A DNA stretch of 64,000 bases from a virus: positions 1 to 64,000 of the IMG/VR virus record IMGVR_UViG_3300018079_000003, one strand, 5' to 3'. The notes under the pieces were generated by a model that saw only the letters and a list, made by a program, of their open reading frames with translations, was not told where the DNA came from and ran no database searches. The position numbers and the translations under genes are program-made. Shown here piece by piece: positions 63,962 through 64,000 of the stretch (positions within the stretch are counted from its first letter, which is position 1; the number at the start of each line of letters is the position of its first letter).

Positions 63962-64000
63962 TACAGGGGTCGTCCGCAGTCGAGGATAAGAGTCGGATCG

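Noticed and set aside
1-64000. Prophage boundaries, att sites and an integrase adjacent to the tRNA.
   Set aside because: No tyrosine or serine recombinase motifs were seen, and I noticed no duplicate of the tRNA 3' end. Both window ends lie within phage-like genes, so integration status cannot be judged from this window.

Overview
The window reads as one contiguous tailed-phage genome segment, either a phage contig or a prophage interior. I saw no integrase, rRNA or CRISPR array. There are three transcriptional blocks. (1) 1-5600, minus strand: an accessory arm with a papain-like amidase, GDP-L-fucose synthase, an FkbM methyltransferase, two tandem paralogous glycosyltransferase-like genes, a secreted FN3-like protein and a tRNA(CAU). 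(2) 6800-34800, plus strand: many tiny early genes, often joined by ATGA overlaps, followed by a replication and recombination module. That module holds an RNA-ligase-like enzyme, an SMC/Rad50-like ATPase, a dNMP-kinase-like protein, an SNF2 helicase, a Cas4-like nuclease, a SprT-like protein, an HNH-AP2 endonuclease, a family A DNA polymerase, endonuclease VII, a primase/SF3 helicase, a sigma factor, RuvC and a metallophosphatase. (3) 34800-63961, minus strand: a podovirus-like (T7-supergroup order) structural module. In transcription order it runs large terminase, portal, scaffold, a glycosyltransferase island, major capsid, membrane proteins, two collagen-like fibres, an HNH endonuclease, tail proteins, internal-virion proteins and a 1827-aa giant protein. 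A 1.2-kb region with no convincing ORF (5700-6830) separates blocks 1 and 2. Signals beyond gene content: nine sigma70-type promoters sit 5-9 nt upstream of an ATG, which implies leaderless mRNAs. The 12-mer CCACTGTTTCTT recurs four times, in each case 9-150 nt upstream of a gene start. The 8-bp palindrome GTTTAAAC occurs 14 times, about 14-fold more than expected. Glycosylation genes are split between the structural module and the left arm. All functional calls rest on motifs I read by eye; no database search was run.
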